Made by a program: the position numbers and the translations under genes | Notes under the pieces: model-generated | Database searches by the model: none | Told to the model about the DNA's origin: nothing | The model's input: the letters and a program-made list of their open reading frames with translations, nothing else | NCBI RefSeq assembly: GCF_964194155.1 | Contig: NC_135898.1 | Location: forward strand, 13,454,001 to 13,518,000 | Direction of reading: 5' to 3' | DNA: 64,000 bases | Source of the DNA: Cetorhinus maximus | Lineage: Eukaryota | Shown: positions 51,700 through 64,000 of the stretch, one piece after another | How positions within the stretch are numbered: position 1 is the first letter of the stretch | Layout of the letters: every line of letters starts with the position of its first letter

Positions 51700-52368
51700 A
51701 AGGGGTGAACCCCCCCCCCCCAAGCTCAGGTTCCCTTTGGTGCAGTGTTGGGTTGCGGGAGGGGAGGTCTAGCAGTTGTTCAATGGGTGTTGTGTCTGTG
51801 AGTGCGAGGACAGGATGCTTCTGAGGAAGAAAGTAAAAGTAAAGCAAAGCTTCCCTCTCTGGAAGGAGGAGCTGGGCTAACTCTGGGGAAGGGGAACATC
51901 CCGAGTTTGGTCCGACGCAGTTGCATGGGGCTCTGTATTGAAGCTGAGGAAGCCAGCAATCCTGGTGGAAGCCACCCCCTCAGCCCTTACCTGGTCACTT
52001 GTGGCCCCTTTAGCCCTCTTCACATGGTGCTGGGGCCTCGCTGCACGGGCGGCGCTGCTTGGTTTAGGCTGCCATGTCTAGAAAGCGCCTCCTCTCCCTG
52101 TGCTCATACCGCTGAGGCAGGACAATACCTTCCCCTGTGACGCCACTCGCCAGGCCAGGTTGGCTCCCCAAGCAGCTCAGGGATGCCGGCTTAACCTCCC
52201 CCAGCACCAACAGTGAGGGCCAGGCAGCGCCGCCAAAGAGCGCAGCCCGGGGACTCCCTCCTTACACCGGTAGTCCGCAGTGGAATGTGAGTGGCCGCCG
52301 TCCTTCCGGGTTTCACATTTACCTCCCACCCCCCCCCGGAAATCCCCAGCCCAGTCAGTAACATCATC
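51700..52368. promoter_or_regulatory. GC/CpG-rich probable bidirectional promoter shared by ITPRIPL1 (non-coding exon 1, -) and the GGH-like gene (+)
   Basis: GC-rich island directly upstream of the GGH ATG. Strong minus-strand donor CCAG|GTAAGG (exon end 51991) could splice to the ITPRIPL1 acceptor at 47126. Confidence 0.65.
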
Positions 52369-55300
52369 ATGGCTCAGGCTGTGCTGCTGTCGGTGCTGCT
52401 ATTGTTCGGCTGCAGCTCTTTCCCCAGGCTCCACACTCTGAAAATTAACCAGAGACCCATTATCGGTGAGTCTTGCCCTGTCAGCTTCCCTCTACTTATA
52501 TATATATTTTTTTTCCGGCGGCGAACTTCCTCTTCTCTCCCTTGTGATACAGATCTCTTTTCACCCCCAATTCTCAACCCAAGTGCCCTGAAAGAGGCAG
52601 TCAGCCGCATTGGTTGCATTCTCTCTCCTGAACATCTCGGCAACCGGAGCAAACTCATTTGCCCTGGACCATCTTAGCTGAATTTAACGTGTCACCAAGA
52701 CAGCAAAAATCAGCTCTTTATCTGCCCCCTTCACTCAGGAGGAAGTATCGCTGAAAACATTAATGGTCCGATTAAACTAAAAGATGTTCTCAGCAAAACG
52801 GCCCTTATTCCCTTCTTCGTGTCTGTGATACAGTTAATCTGCTGTGCCCATCGGCGCAGAAGCCCTGAAATTTTGGCTGGCTACTTAATGGGATAGAAAA
52901 ATGAGAGTGATAGGGCAATGCAACAGATCGCCTTCCCAAACCGTCAAAGACACGGGCCGTAGGACAACGAAGCATCCAGCCTTCACAGCTCTAATTACTG
53001 ATCTCAAACAGCTGATGTGCTTTAGTCTGCCTCAGCACCCCTGGTTTCTTCATCCTCCTCCACTTCCTGTTTTTAATTGGTACTGTATTCCCTGATAGCA
53101 CTGTGCATAAGGAATCTGAGCCAGAGTATTTCTGACAATGGTTTATCTTCCCACCCTTGTATTCTCAGCTCTGGAATTCCCTGAAGGTCCATCCTTGGCC
53201 CCCTTCTCTTCCTCATCTACGTACTGTGCTTTGGTGATTCATCTGCAGACATAGGGTCAGCTTTCATACATGCAGAGTTGATACCTCTTCACCCATGTTG
53301 CTGTATTGTCAGACTGCGGTGAAGCCGTCGACTTTAACTTCAATTTGTTGTTGGATTTGTCAAAGACAAGTCGTGTTCCACACATTAAATACTAGAGATG
53401 TAGGCTTTTTAACAAGTGTTCAGTGAGTTGCTTAACAGGGAGCTTGTTAGGCTGGAGCCATGTTTTTCTAGATTTTTAAAATGTATGATTTTAACATGGG
53501 CATGAGCAACATAACATTAAAACTTGAAGATAAGAAACGTAAGGGATGGGAAACAGTGAGGAGAAATCCAAGACCTAAGGAGGCATTGGAATGGAAAGTG
53601 CTGCCACCTTTTAATGACGTGCACACTGCTGCTCTACTCCATTTCAAACCTTGCATTTCCTTTCCCTATTAGTTCATTAGTTAACAATTTTGAACACTGG
53701 TGTAGATCTGCTACCTATCTGCCCATCCTACCAGCCTTTCTATATCCTCCTGGAGTACTGTGCAGTTTTTCTCTCCACATTTAAGGAAGGATATACTTGC
53801 ATTGGAGACGGTACACCAACGGGTCACCTGGCTGAGAGATTTGTCCTATGATGAAAGGCTGAGTAAATTGGGCCGATATTCTCTGGAGTTTAGAAGACTG
53901 AGAGGTGATCTTATTGAAACAGACAAGATTCTGAAGGGGCTTGACAGGGTAGTTTGTTTCTGCTGGCTGGGGAATCTAAAACATGGGTGGCACAGGCTCG
54001 GGATAAGGGATCGATCATTTAGGACTGAGATGAGAAAGTTCTTCACTCAAGGAGGACTGAATCTTTGTAATTCTCGACTTCAGAGGATTGTGCATTCTTC
54101 ATTGTTGAATATATTTAGGCATGAGATAGAGTTTTGATCACTCAGGTAATCAAAGAATAATGGGGAGCAGGCAGGAAAGTGGAGGTAAGGCAGAAGATCA
54201 GCTGTGAACGTATTGAACGGCAGAGCAGGCTCGAGGACCCATATGGTCTACTCCAGCTCCTTATTCCTTCTGATCTTATGCTCTCCGAATAATAATTTTT
54301 TTCAGTGTGGGGAATTTCTATTACTTGAATCTTTTTTGGGTAGGATGCTGCCTATACAACTGTAACATGAAGTATTTGCATCTTTGAGGTAAAGAGGGAA
54401 AGTCTGAAAAGTAAAATGAACAACCCTGCATCCCAGTGCACTGCTACGTTTATTCTCCCTTAAATGTGATCTATGTTTTGTCCCCCACAGGGATATTGGC
54501 CCAGGAAACACTTGATGCAGATCTTCTTCGGTATGGGAAGACTTACATTGCTGCACCTTATGTCAAGTATCTGGAGTCGGCTGGCTGCAGAGTGGTACCA
54601 GTCAGGTATTCCTTCAATTCATTCATAGCTCTAGCGACAGCTATAATAAGCAAACGGGATAGAATTGGTTGAGCCACAGACCAGTGACGCTCTGGTTGAC
54701 TCAGACTCACCCACAGGAACATATCAGTTTTCTTTGGCACACTATGGTCAATGTAATTTTCAATATGTGAGTGTGGTAGAACTGAAGATGACATTATTTT
54801 GCTTACATATACATCTTTTCTTAATTAATAGTAAGGCTACCACAGTGCCCTTAAATCAACTCGGTGGAAATCAGTCAGCATTCCTTGCGTTACACCAATG
54901 ACTACACTTTAACAAGCATTTCATTAGTTGTGGAGCATTTTAGAGAGCCTTGAGATTGTGAATGGCAAGATATAAGTGCAATTAATTAGCTTGCTTTCAT
55001 TCTTTTCTCAAAAACCACGAGGACAAGGTACTGAAGGCTGCCTAACATTTTTCTGAATTCATTCACAGGATGTGGGTATTGCAAATGAGGCTAGTATTTG
55101 TTGCCCATCCCGAATTGCCTGAGAAGATGCTTGAGAGCCACCTTTTTGAATACAACCGAATGGCTTGTTAGGCTGTTTCAGAAGTAGTTAACAGTCAACC
55201 ACGTTGTTGTTAGCCCTGGAGTCACATATACACTTTCCCTAAAGGACCATACGGGTTTTTAAGACAATCCTGTAGTTTCATGATCACTATTCCCGACACT

Positions 55301-58300
55301 GATTCTAGATTTATAAAGTTAATTGAATTTAAATTCCTCAGTTGCCATGGTGGAATTAGAACATGTGTCTCCAGGTCATTTGTTTGGCCTCTGGATTACT
55401 AATCCAGTAACTAGCGCTGTTCTACCATAACTCCATGTGTACCTGTGAAACTATATGCCAGCAAGAGCTCATGGCTTCAGAAAGGAGATAAAGTTGTTGG
55501 AGGAAAAAGAAAAACAATCTAGTAACTGTAAAATTTTGGAGATTTTTACTACAGGAAGCCAAAGACATAGGCTGCTGTCGTTGTAATAAAGGAAAAGATG
55601 TGAAGTACATCAGATGTCTTTGCTGTGCCAGCTTTAAAAACTTCAATCTGAAATATATTTTCTTTTCTTTTGGACACAGGTTGAATCTAACAAATGACGA
55701 ATATGAAAAGATTTTCCATTCAATCAATGGGTAAGTAAATAACAATTTAACCTCCTTGTAAGTGGTGAGGCTGTCAGACTCTAGCTGCCGGATTTCAAGT
55801 GCAGAGAGAACCTGCCGCTATGTGAATGAGTTAATACCTAAACCACCATCAAAGCCTACTGTGCCTTTACCTTTCTGGAATCTTAGTCCACATTTTGATA
55901 TTAACAATTATTCCTGCTGTGTTGGTACAAGAATGTAGTCCGTTAAAACCCTGAGCCTATTTTCTGTGTTGTTCCCTCCGTTGAATGGATACACATCATT
56001 GTGGTAAGATCATTGAATACACAGAACAGAAATTCTTTGCTGATCACCCTCAGCATTAGAGTGCTTCATGTGGCATCAGTGGCCAAAGTTAGAGAAAGAA
56101 AAACCAGCTCATGTTCCTACTCTTGATTGCTTACGGAACTTTGTTAGTCACAGAATGACGGCAGGATCCAGCTCCTACAAACAGAGATACCCTACTAATA
56201 GTCACTGTTAAGACTTAGAATTAACAGAATATGCAGCACAGAAATAGGCCAATTGACCCAACTGGTGCTGGTGCTTCTTCACGCAAATCTCTTTCCATTC
56301 CAAACACCTCACTTTAGCTATTCAGGGTATCTCTCTCTTCCCTTTTCTCTCATGCACTCAGCTAGTTCCTTTTTGAAAGGGTCAAAGATATAAGGCAGTG
56401 AACCACTGCATGTGGTAGCAAGTCCACATTCTAACGACTCTCTCTGTAAATATATTTCTCCTTATTTCCCCATTGGATTTACTAGCAACTGTTTTGTTTT
56501 TATGGCCCTTGGCTTTGGATTCTTCCAACATTGATTGTGGGATAAATATTGGGCAGGACCCTTGGAGACACCTGCTTTTCTTCAAAGTAGAGCCATGGGA
56601 TCTTTTATGCGGAGAGTTTGATTTAATGTCTCATCAATGCATTACTCCCTCAGCACTGCACTGGAGTGTCGGCCTGGAATATGTGCTCACGTCTCTGAAG
56701 TGGATCTTGAACCCACAAGCTTCTGTCGCCAGAGACAAGAAGAGTTCCATCAGACAAGCCACAGCTGGCACTTCATTATATGAATAATTTTGTGAATACC
56801 TACAATTAATGTTATGAATCCTATTATTTTGAGGAGTGAGAACCCCTACCCTCTAACATATCGAAGAAATTGTAACCCCTGTAAAGGGGCTATTGGGAGG
56901 AAGGAAAAAGGAAAATGCTGCACAACATGTTCCACCACTCATCTCCCTTTCCTTTTCCCAGCATTATATTCCCTGGTGGATCATCTGATTTGAAGACATC
57001 AGCTTTTGCCAAGGCTGCAAAGAAATTTTATGAGCTTGCATTGAAGGTAGGTCTGAACAACATGTCCTTGTACTGAATTTACCCTTCACCAAATAAAACA
57101 AGACTTGTCTGCCACCCCAACCCTTCTGCATGTTAAATTATATCATGTTTCTCCCCTCTTCCCCCATACTCTTCCCCTGGATGTTGCTAATAAAGTCTAG
57201 CATGAGAAGCTTGTCACAGGAATTGATTTGGTTTGGTGTGGCAAGATGCAACAAGTTGCTTTATGTTAATCTGGCAATTTTCTCTCCTGGAACAGAGGTT
57301 ATTTATTGCAGCCCGATGCTGTCATCAGAACAACAACAACTTATACTTATAAAGTGTCATTAACATAATAAAAACATCTCAAGTGCTTCACAGGGGCATT
57401 ATAAAACAAAAAATGTCAGCAAGCCACATAAAGAAATATTAGGGCAGAGGTAGATTTTAAGGAGTTTCTTAAAGGAAGAAAGGGAGGTAGAAAGCTGAGA
57501 GGTTCAGGGAGCCAATTCAGAGCTTGGGGCCGAAGCAGCGTGGCCACCAGTGGTGGAGCAGTTAAAACTTAGATGCTCAAGAGGCCAGAATTGGAACAGT
57601 TCAGATATCTGCAGGGTGGGGGGGGGGGGGAGGGGTGCGGGGTGCTGTGGTGCTTGTCACATTCTGGTTAGGGACTGTTAACATTTAAAAATAAATCCGA
57701 ACACCTTGTTTTAACCAAAACTACGCCACAAGATTTCACTTTTTTTGTAACAAAAACAAGCTTTATTGTATATAAAAGAAGTAAACAAAACAAGCACTAT
57801 TAATTCAATAGTATGGATTTCACTACTTATGTATGCATTCAGGTTTACGCCTTACTTCCTCTGGAGAATTTTCTTAGAAGACACATCAATCTTAAAGTTA
57901 TTTACTTCTGTAGGGAACCTCCCCCACTCTCTCTCTCTCTCTCTCTCTCTCCCCCCCCACCCCCCCACCATAAGACTTCTGGAGAATTCTCCTCAGCTCC
58001 AGCTATTCGCAGAGGTAAAACTTTAATTTATCATTTCTTGACTGCGGATGCCTCAGGCCCCTGACTTGGTTACTTTTCAGTATTTCCAAGCTAATTCAGC
58101 TGATTATTTCGCAATAAGCCACTGTGAGGCCCACTGCAGATTCTTCCACTAGCTTCAAACTAGGCACTCTTCCAGCTTCTGTTTCGTCAAAAGATTCAAA
58201 CTGAGGTTAAGCCTTAACTGCATTCCACACAGATAATGGTGACATTATTTCTTTTCTCTGTTTACATTGCAGGTTTATCTAACTGTCATTTACTTGGGCT

Positions 58301-61300
58301 AACTTCTGTCAGTGAGCTACAAACTGCATCAGGTCCAAATTGCAACTAACTCTCTCAGCAACCACCCAGATAAACTGAAACCAAAGAAACTCCCTAAGCC
58401 TGCTTCAGGCTGTCCTCAAACCAACCTTTAAGTTAATTATCCTCATTTACAACTTATGCTTTGATCTGTTGAAGGAAATGGGTTTTACAACCTTTCAGGG
58501 TTTACTGAATGCTTTTAAATTAATTTAACTGCTAACTCCCAAAATTAAAACATCTCTCTTCTTGCAAGCATTGTAGACATCACGTCTCCAGCTGTTTAGC
58601 TAAGTAAGCCCATCTGCTGTTTTATAACTCTATCTCTTCTGTTCTGACTCTATTAAACAAACATGGGTCACCTTTTGAGCTGCTATTTCTTGAGATTTTT
58701 CTAGCAATCTCTAAAGCCGGAATTGTAATTACCTTGCCTACATCTTAAGGCAACATGGCCCCAACCTTTTAAATGGAATAGGTTCCAAGCTTGCTTTAAC
58801 TGCACTTAACCCATTTTTCATAGTTAATTTTTATTTTTAGGAATTAAAGTTTATATTCCAAAATGCATATGATCTGGAGCAGGCTGGAGGAGATTACAAA
58901 GATAGGGAGGGGCGAGGCAGTTGGAATTTGGTAAAAAGGGATGAAAATTTTTAAATGGCTTTGTTTATCTGGGAGCCAGTGTAACGAAGCGAGCACACAC
59001 GGACGATGGATGAACAGGACTTGGTGCAAGTTAGGACATGAGCAGCAGATGACCTCCAGTTTACAGAAGTTGAACATGGGAGGCCACAAGCAGCGTGTTT
59101 GAATAGTCAGGTTTGGAGATAACAAAGGCGTGGATGATCATGTTTATTATCCTTTGTTTCATGCTGTTTCTATGTTATTACTACAGGCATTTGATGCTGG
59201 TGATTATTTTCCAATATGGGGAACCTGTCTGGGACTTCAGTTACTGTCTGTGCTTACTGCTGGGAAGAACCTGCTCACAAATACTGACTCAGAAAACATT
59301 GCTCTCCCACTTAATCTGACTAATGGTAGGAGTACTTTGTGACAGAGTATTATGATTTGGGGATTACCATGTAAAGAGGATTTGGCAGCAATGTGTTGCA
59401 TTACAAATTTAAGCAGGTTTATATCAGATGTACAACACTGGTGCAGCACAGTTTTATGTCTTGTGTACATGCGAAGCAAGTTGTATGGTTAGAATAAGTC
59501 TGCATCAGCTTGGGTCAGTTGGCAAGACTCATCATAGGTCGGAAGATTATCATTTGAGTGTATTATCTCAGTCGACTTGTGTTTATAATGTAGCGGAAGT
59601 GTTGTATTGTGAGAGGTGCCATCTTTCAGATGAGAGGTGAATGAGTCCTTCCCACCAGGATGTTAAATACACTATCCGTAGAACAAAAACATTCCCTCTT
59701 CAACTTGTGTCACCTGACAAAGGATGTGAACTAGCCATTTATCTCATTCCTGTTGGTGGGTTATTGCTGGCACTAAGTGGCAGCATTTAGCTGCATAACA
59801 ATGGTCAATGGATTCTGAAAATGATTTCACGATGCGATGTGCTTTGAGATATTTCTATGTGATAAGGTATCACATAAATACAAACACTGTTGTAGTAATA
59901 AAAACAAAAATACCTGGAAAAACTCAGCAGGTTTGACAGTATCTGCAGAGAGATACAGTTGACATTTCGAGTCCGTATGACCCTTCATCAGAACTAAGAC
60001 ATATAGAAATGAGATGAAATATAAGCTAGTAGAAGGGGGTGGGACAGGAGAGCTCGATAGGGGGCCAATGATAGGTGGAGGCCAAGAAGAGACTGCCAAA
60101 GATGTCATAGACAAAGGACAAAGGGGTGTTGATGGTGGTGATATTATCTAAAAGATGTGCTAATGGGGACATTAAGGGAAGCAAGCTAGTGGAAGATGGC
60201 CCGAGTGCAGGTGGGGTGGGGGGAAGGGATCGAAATGGGCTAAAAGGTGGAGATGAAACAATAGATCAAAATAAATTTAAAAATAGGAGGGAAGAGAAAA
60301 AAATAGTTGTAAAAAAATAATAATTATAAATTATTGGAAAAAGGGGAATCAGAAAGGGAGCGGGGACGGAGGAGAGAGTTCATGATCTGAAATTGTTGAA
60401 CTCAATATTAAGTCCGGAAGGCTGTAGAGTGCCTGGTTGGAAGATGAGGTGCTGTTCTTCCAGTTTGCGTTGAGCTTCACTGGAACATTGCAGCAGGCCA
60501 AGGATGGGCATGTGGGCATGAGAGCAGGGTGGTGTGTTGAAATGGCAAGCGACACAGAAATCTGGGTCATGCTTGCGGACAGACTGAAGGTGTTCTGCAA
60601 AGCAGTCACCTGGTCTGCGTTTGGTCTCTCCAGTGTAGAGGAGACCCCATTTGAAGCAGCGAATGCAGTAGACTAAATTGAGGGAAGTACAAGTGAAATG
60701 CTGCTCCACTTGAAAGGAGTGTTTGGGCCCTTGGATGGTGAGGAAGGGGGAAGTAAAGGGGCAGGTGTTGCACCTTCTGCGATTGCATGGGAAGGTGCCA
60801 TGGGAGGGGGTTGAGGTGTAGGGGGTGATGGAGGAGTGGACCAGGGTGTCCCGGAGGGAACGATCCATGCAGAAAGCCGCCAGGAGGGGTGAAGGGAAGA
60901 TGCATTTGGTAGTGGCATCATGCTGGAGTTGGCAGAAATGGCGGAGGATGATCCTTTGAATGCGGAGGCTGGTGGGGTGATAAGTGAAGACAAGGGGGAC
61001 CCTATCATGGTTCTGTGAGGGAGAGGAAGGTATGAGGGCGGATGCGCGGGAGATGGGCCGGACACGGTTGAGGGCCCTGTCAACCACCGTGGGTGGAAAA
61101 CCTCGGTTAAGGAAGAAGGAAGATATGTCAGAGGAACTGCTTTGGAAAGTGGTGTCATCAGAACAGATGCGATGGAGGCGAAGGAACTGAGAGAATGGGA
61201 TGGAGTCCTTACAGGAAGCGGGGTGTGAGGAGCTGTAGTCGAGGCAGCTGTGGGAGTCAGTAGGAGTCAGTGATGAATATTGGTGGACAGTCTATCACCA

Positions 61301-63043
61301 GAAATTGAGACTGAGAGGTCAAGGAAGGGAAGGGAAGTGTCATTATGGACCACATGATGGAGGGGTGGAAATTGGAAACAAAATTAATAAATTTTTCCAG
61401 ATCCAGACGGGAGCATGAAGTGGCACCGAAGCAGTCATACCGGAGAAAGAGTTGTGGGAGGGGGCCTGAGTAGGACTGGAACAAGGAATGTTCCACATAC
61501 CCCATAAAGAGACAGGCATAACTGGGGCCCATGCGGGTATCCATAGCCACACCTTTTATTTGGAGGAAGTGAGATGAGTTTAAGGAGAAATTGTTCAGTG
61601 AGAGAACAAGTTCAGCCAGACGGAGGAGAGTGGTGGTGGATGGGGATTGTTCAGGCCTCTGTTCGAGGAAGAAGCGGAGAGCCCTCAGACCATCCCGGTG
61701 GGGGATGGAGGTGTAGAGGGATTGGATGTCCATGGTGAAGAGGAGGCAGTTGGGGCCAGGGAACTGGAAATTGTTTATATGATGTAGGGAGTGAGAGGAA
61801 TCACAGATGTAGGTGGGAAGAGACGGGACAAGGGGAGAGAGAATGGAGTCAAGATAGCAAGAAATGAGTTCCGTGGGGCAGGAACAGGCTGACATGATCG
61901 GTCTACCGGGACAGTCCTGTTTGTGGAATTTGGGTAGGAGGTAGAAGCGGGCCATCCGAGGTTGGGAGACTATGAGGTTGGAAGCTGTGGAGGGAAGATC
62001 TCCAGAGGAGATGAGGTCAGTGACAGTCCTGGAGACAATGGCTTGATGTTCAGTGGTGAGGTCATGGTCCAGGGGGAGGTAGGAGGAAGTGTCTGTGAAT
62101 TGACGCTCAGCCTCTGCGAGGTAGAGGTCAGTGCGCCAAACAACAACAGCACCACCCTTGTCAGCGGGTTTGATGACAAAGTCAGAGTTGGACCTGAGAG
62201 AACGGAGTGCGGCAAGTTCAGAAAGAGACAGGTTAGAGTGGGTGAGAGGAGCAGAGAAATTGAGACGACTGATGTCACACCGACAGTTCTCAATGAAAAG
62301 ATCAATGAAAAGACCACGTCAACTGTATCCCTCTTCACAGATGCTTTCAGACCTGCTGAGTTTTTCCAGGTATTTTTGTTTTTGTTCTAGATTTCTAGCA
62401 TCCGCAGTATTTTGCTTTTATCTTACTGTTGTAGTATTGTTCAGTAAAATAGAGTGAGAGAAATGTTGGTTCACTCTGCACTAAGTTGCTTATGTGAGTC
62501 ATGCCAATGAGATTCAAGAAGTCCCCTCTGCAGGGATGATGTAAATGCCAAGTACTTTCTGCTGGTGTGCACTGCAGGGAAAATTGATGCCAGACTGGGT
62601 CTAAGCTACAGTTCAAGGCAGCAATGCTGGACTTTCTCTTCTGTTTTCCTAAGAAGCCATCAGTGTAAGTCTTTGCTTGAATATCATGGGGTCTTTCCCA
62701 AGGACAACTCGTGGCTGAGATCAGCAAATTTGTCTCTTTGGACAATCTGGACTTCTGTTTAAAGGGCCAATGGGTTAGTGCTATCAATTTTAAAAGTTGC
62801 AAATGTGGGCCTATTTGTCTATTATTATTCAAACCAAGCAAATATTTTCTTTTCACCAAAACATTCTCTCTCATGAGAGATTGATTTCTGATCAATTGAA
62901 TTTAATTTTAACTCCATTTCTCTCTCTCCCCCGCAGCTGCTGCATCTAGTAAAATGTTTCAGAAATTTCCTCCAGATGTGTACCATGCTTTATCCAGTGA
63001 ACCACTCACTGGGAACTTCCATGACTTTTCTATTTCTGTGAAG
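52369..63043 (+). CDS. GGH: Gamma-glutamyl hydrolase (peptidase C26) family gene, exons 1-6; continues beyond the window
   Basis: Exons 52369-52465, 54491-54605, 55680-55730, 56962-57046, 59187-59325, 62937-63043, all GT-AG and in phase. Signal peptide MAQAVLLSVLLLFGCSS, then RPIIGILAQE, YIAAPYVKYLESAGCRVVPV, SINGIIFPGG, DYFPIWGTCLG (catalytic Cys) and PLTGNFH. Whether this is the orthologue or a paralogue of human GGH is unresolved. Confidence 0.9.
53750..54285 (+). mobile_element. CR1 3' fragment in GGH intron 1
   Basis: QFFSPHLRKDILALE...LSYDERLSKLG.YSLEFRRLRGDLIE followed by a CR1-type 3' UTR. Other CR1 scraps at about 26300-26730, 15670-15930, 56210-56520 and 63590-64000. Confidence 0.78.
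57335..59140 (-). mobile_element. L2-like LINE 3' fragment interrupted by an approximately 1.2-kb LTR-like insertion (about 57655-58870)
   Basis: aacaacaac tail at 57330; minus-strand LASLHWLP motif (58844-59125). The intervening unrelated AT-rich block begins TGTCAC. Boundaries approximate. Confidence 0.5.
57927..57967. repeat. (CT)n microsatellite plus C-run
   Basis: Read directly. Other simple repeats: (CA)n about 12872-12893, poly-G about 48057-48068 and 57618-57630, poly-C about 51710-51721. Confidence 0.85.
59898..62424 (-). mobile_element. Penelope-like retroelement, frameshifted copy with inverted pLTR piece (62316-62424, +); in GGH intron 5
   Basis: ORF pieces 61257-61955 (RT) and 60380-61087 (GIY-YIG) closely match the 22404 ORF. 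12-bp TSD ACTGTTGTAGTA at 59886-59897 and 62425-62436. Both ends are pLTR 3' tails facing outward. Confidence 0.92.
59957..59995 (-). ncRNA. Minimal type I hammerhead ribozyme motif in Penelope pLTR
   Basis: Reverse complement reads AGUU-CUGAUGA-A-GGGUC(AUACG)GACUC-GAAA-UGUC-AACU, with a GUC cleavage triplet. Confidence 0.72.
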
Positions 63044-64000
63044 GTAGTATTTTTCATGTTGTTCAGTGTGTCATTGTGTGCATTGCAATCAGCAGAGAGG
63101 ATGTGAAGTTGCCTGAGAATGAGGTTCAATAAAGGTTGACTAGATTAATTCCAGGGATGAGAGGGTTGGCTATGAGGAGAGATTGAGCATAAAGAGCTGA
63201 TAGTCTCCTGCGTTTAGAAGAGTGAGAGTGGATTTTTGATAGGGTGGATAACAATTTTCTTTGGGAAATTATTCATTTGACAAAGGGTGTCATTGAGAGA
63301 AGGTTGAGGATTGACGTTGCTAGCATAGAGGAAATGTTAGAAAGAAGAGAGATTCCAAAATAAATTGGATGGAAGCAAGTCACCAATTGTCAGACTTTTT
63401 TTTACAAAGAGAGGTGCTTGCTCCAAGATATTGGATCTACTGGAAGAGGGACGCCTTGTGTTATAATGCAAATATGGAAGACCAATATTTTCTTTGATTG
63501 CTTGTAATTACTCATCTATGGTAAAGAAGAAAATAAGTTTTGTTTAAAGAAAGGGGTATATGGGATCTATTAATGGTTGGTTGTATTATATAGTGTGCGA
63601 CCATACAGCTATAGAGTCATTATGGCACAGGAGGAGGTCATTTAGTCCATAGAGTCCATGCCAGCTTTCTATAGAGCAATCAAATCAGTCACATTCTCCT
63701 ATTCTATCCCATAGTTTATTTCCAGCAAGTGGCCATCCCGTTTTGTTTTGAAATTATTGATCATCGCCACATCCACAACCCTTGAAGTCAGAGAGCTCCA
63801 GGTCATTACCACTAGGTGCGCAAAAGAGTTCCTCCTCACATCCCCTCTACCTGCCTTGCCCAAACCCTGAAATCTGTGCCCCCTAGTTATTGTGCCGTCA
63901 GCTAATGGGTACAGCTTATCTCTATCTAGCTATCTAAGCTTTCATAAACTTATATGTCTGTCAAATGTCCCCTCACTCTCCTTTACTCCAGAGACAATAA

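Overview
Vertebrate nuclear DNA, most likely a shark or other chondrichthyan (inferred from the repeat families and slowly evolving proteins). Four protein-coding genes can be reconstructed by hand: the last two exons of TMEM127 (+); a complete 17-coding-exon NCAPH (condensin I kleisin, -, 704 aa, one GC-AG intron, CpG promoter with E2F/CDE-CHR and NRF1 motifs); single-coding-exon ITPRIPL1 (-, Mab21/cGAS-like fold); and exons 1-6 of a gamma-glutamyl hydrolase gene (+) lying head-to-head with ITPRIPL1. Much of the rest is retroelements: CR1-group, Tx1/L1, L2, a Gypsy remnant with nested solo LTRs, SINEs and MITEs. The most notable system is a young Penelope-like (RT + GIY-YIG) family. It includes one copy with an unbroken 581-codon frame and a 13-bp TSD, one copy with an inverted pLTR and a 12-bp TSD, and minimal type I hammerhead ribozyme motifs in the pLTRs with covarying stems. 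The youngest copy has a non-canonical CUGCCGA core. All calls are by eye; no searches were run.
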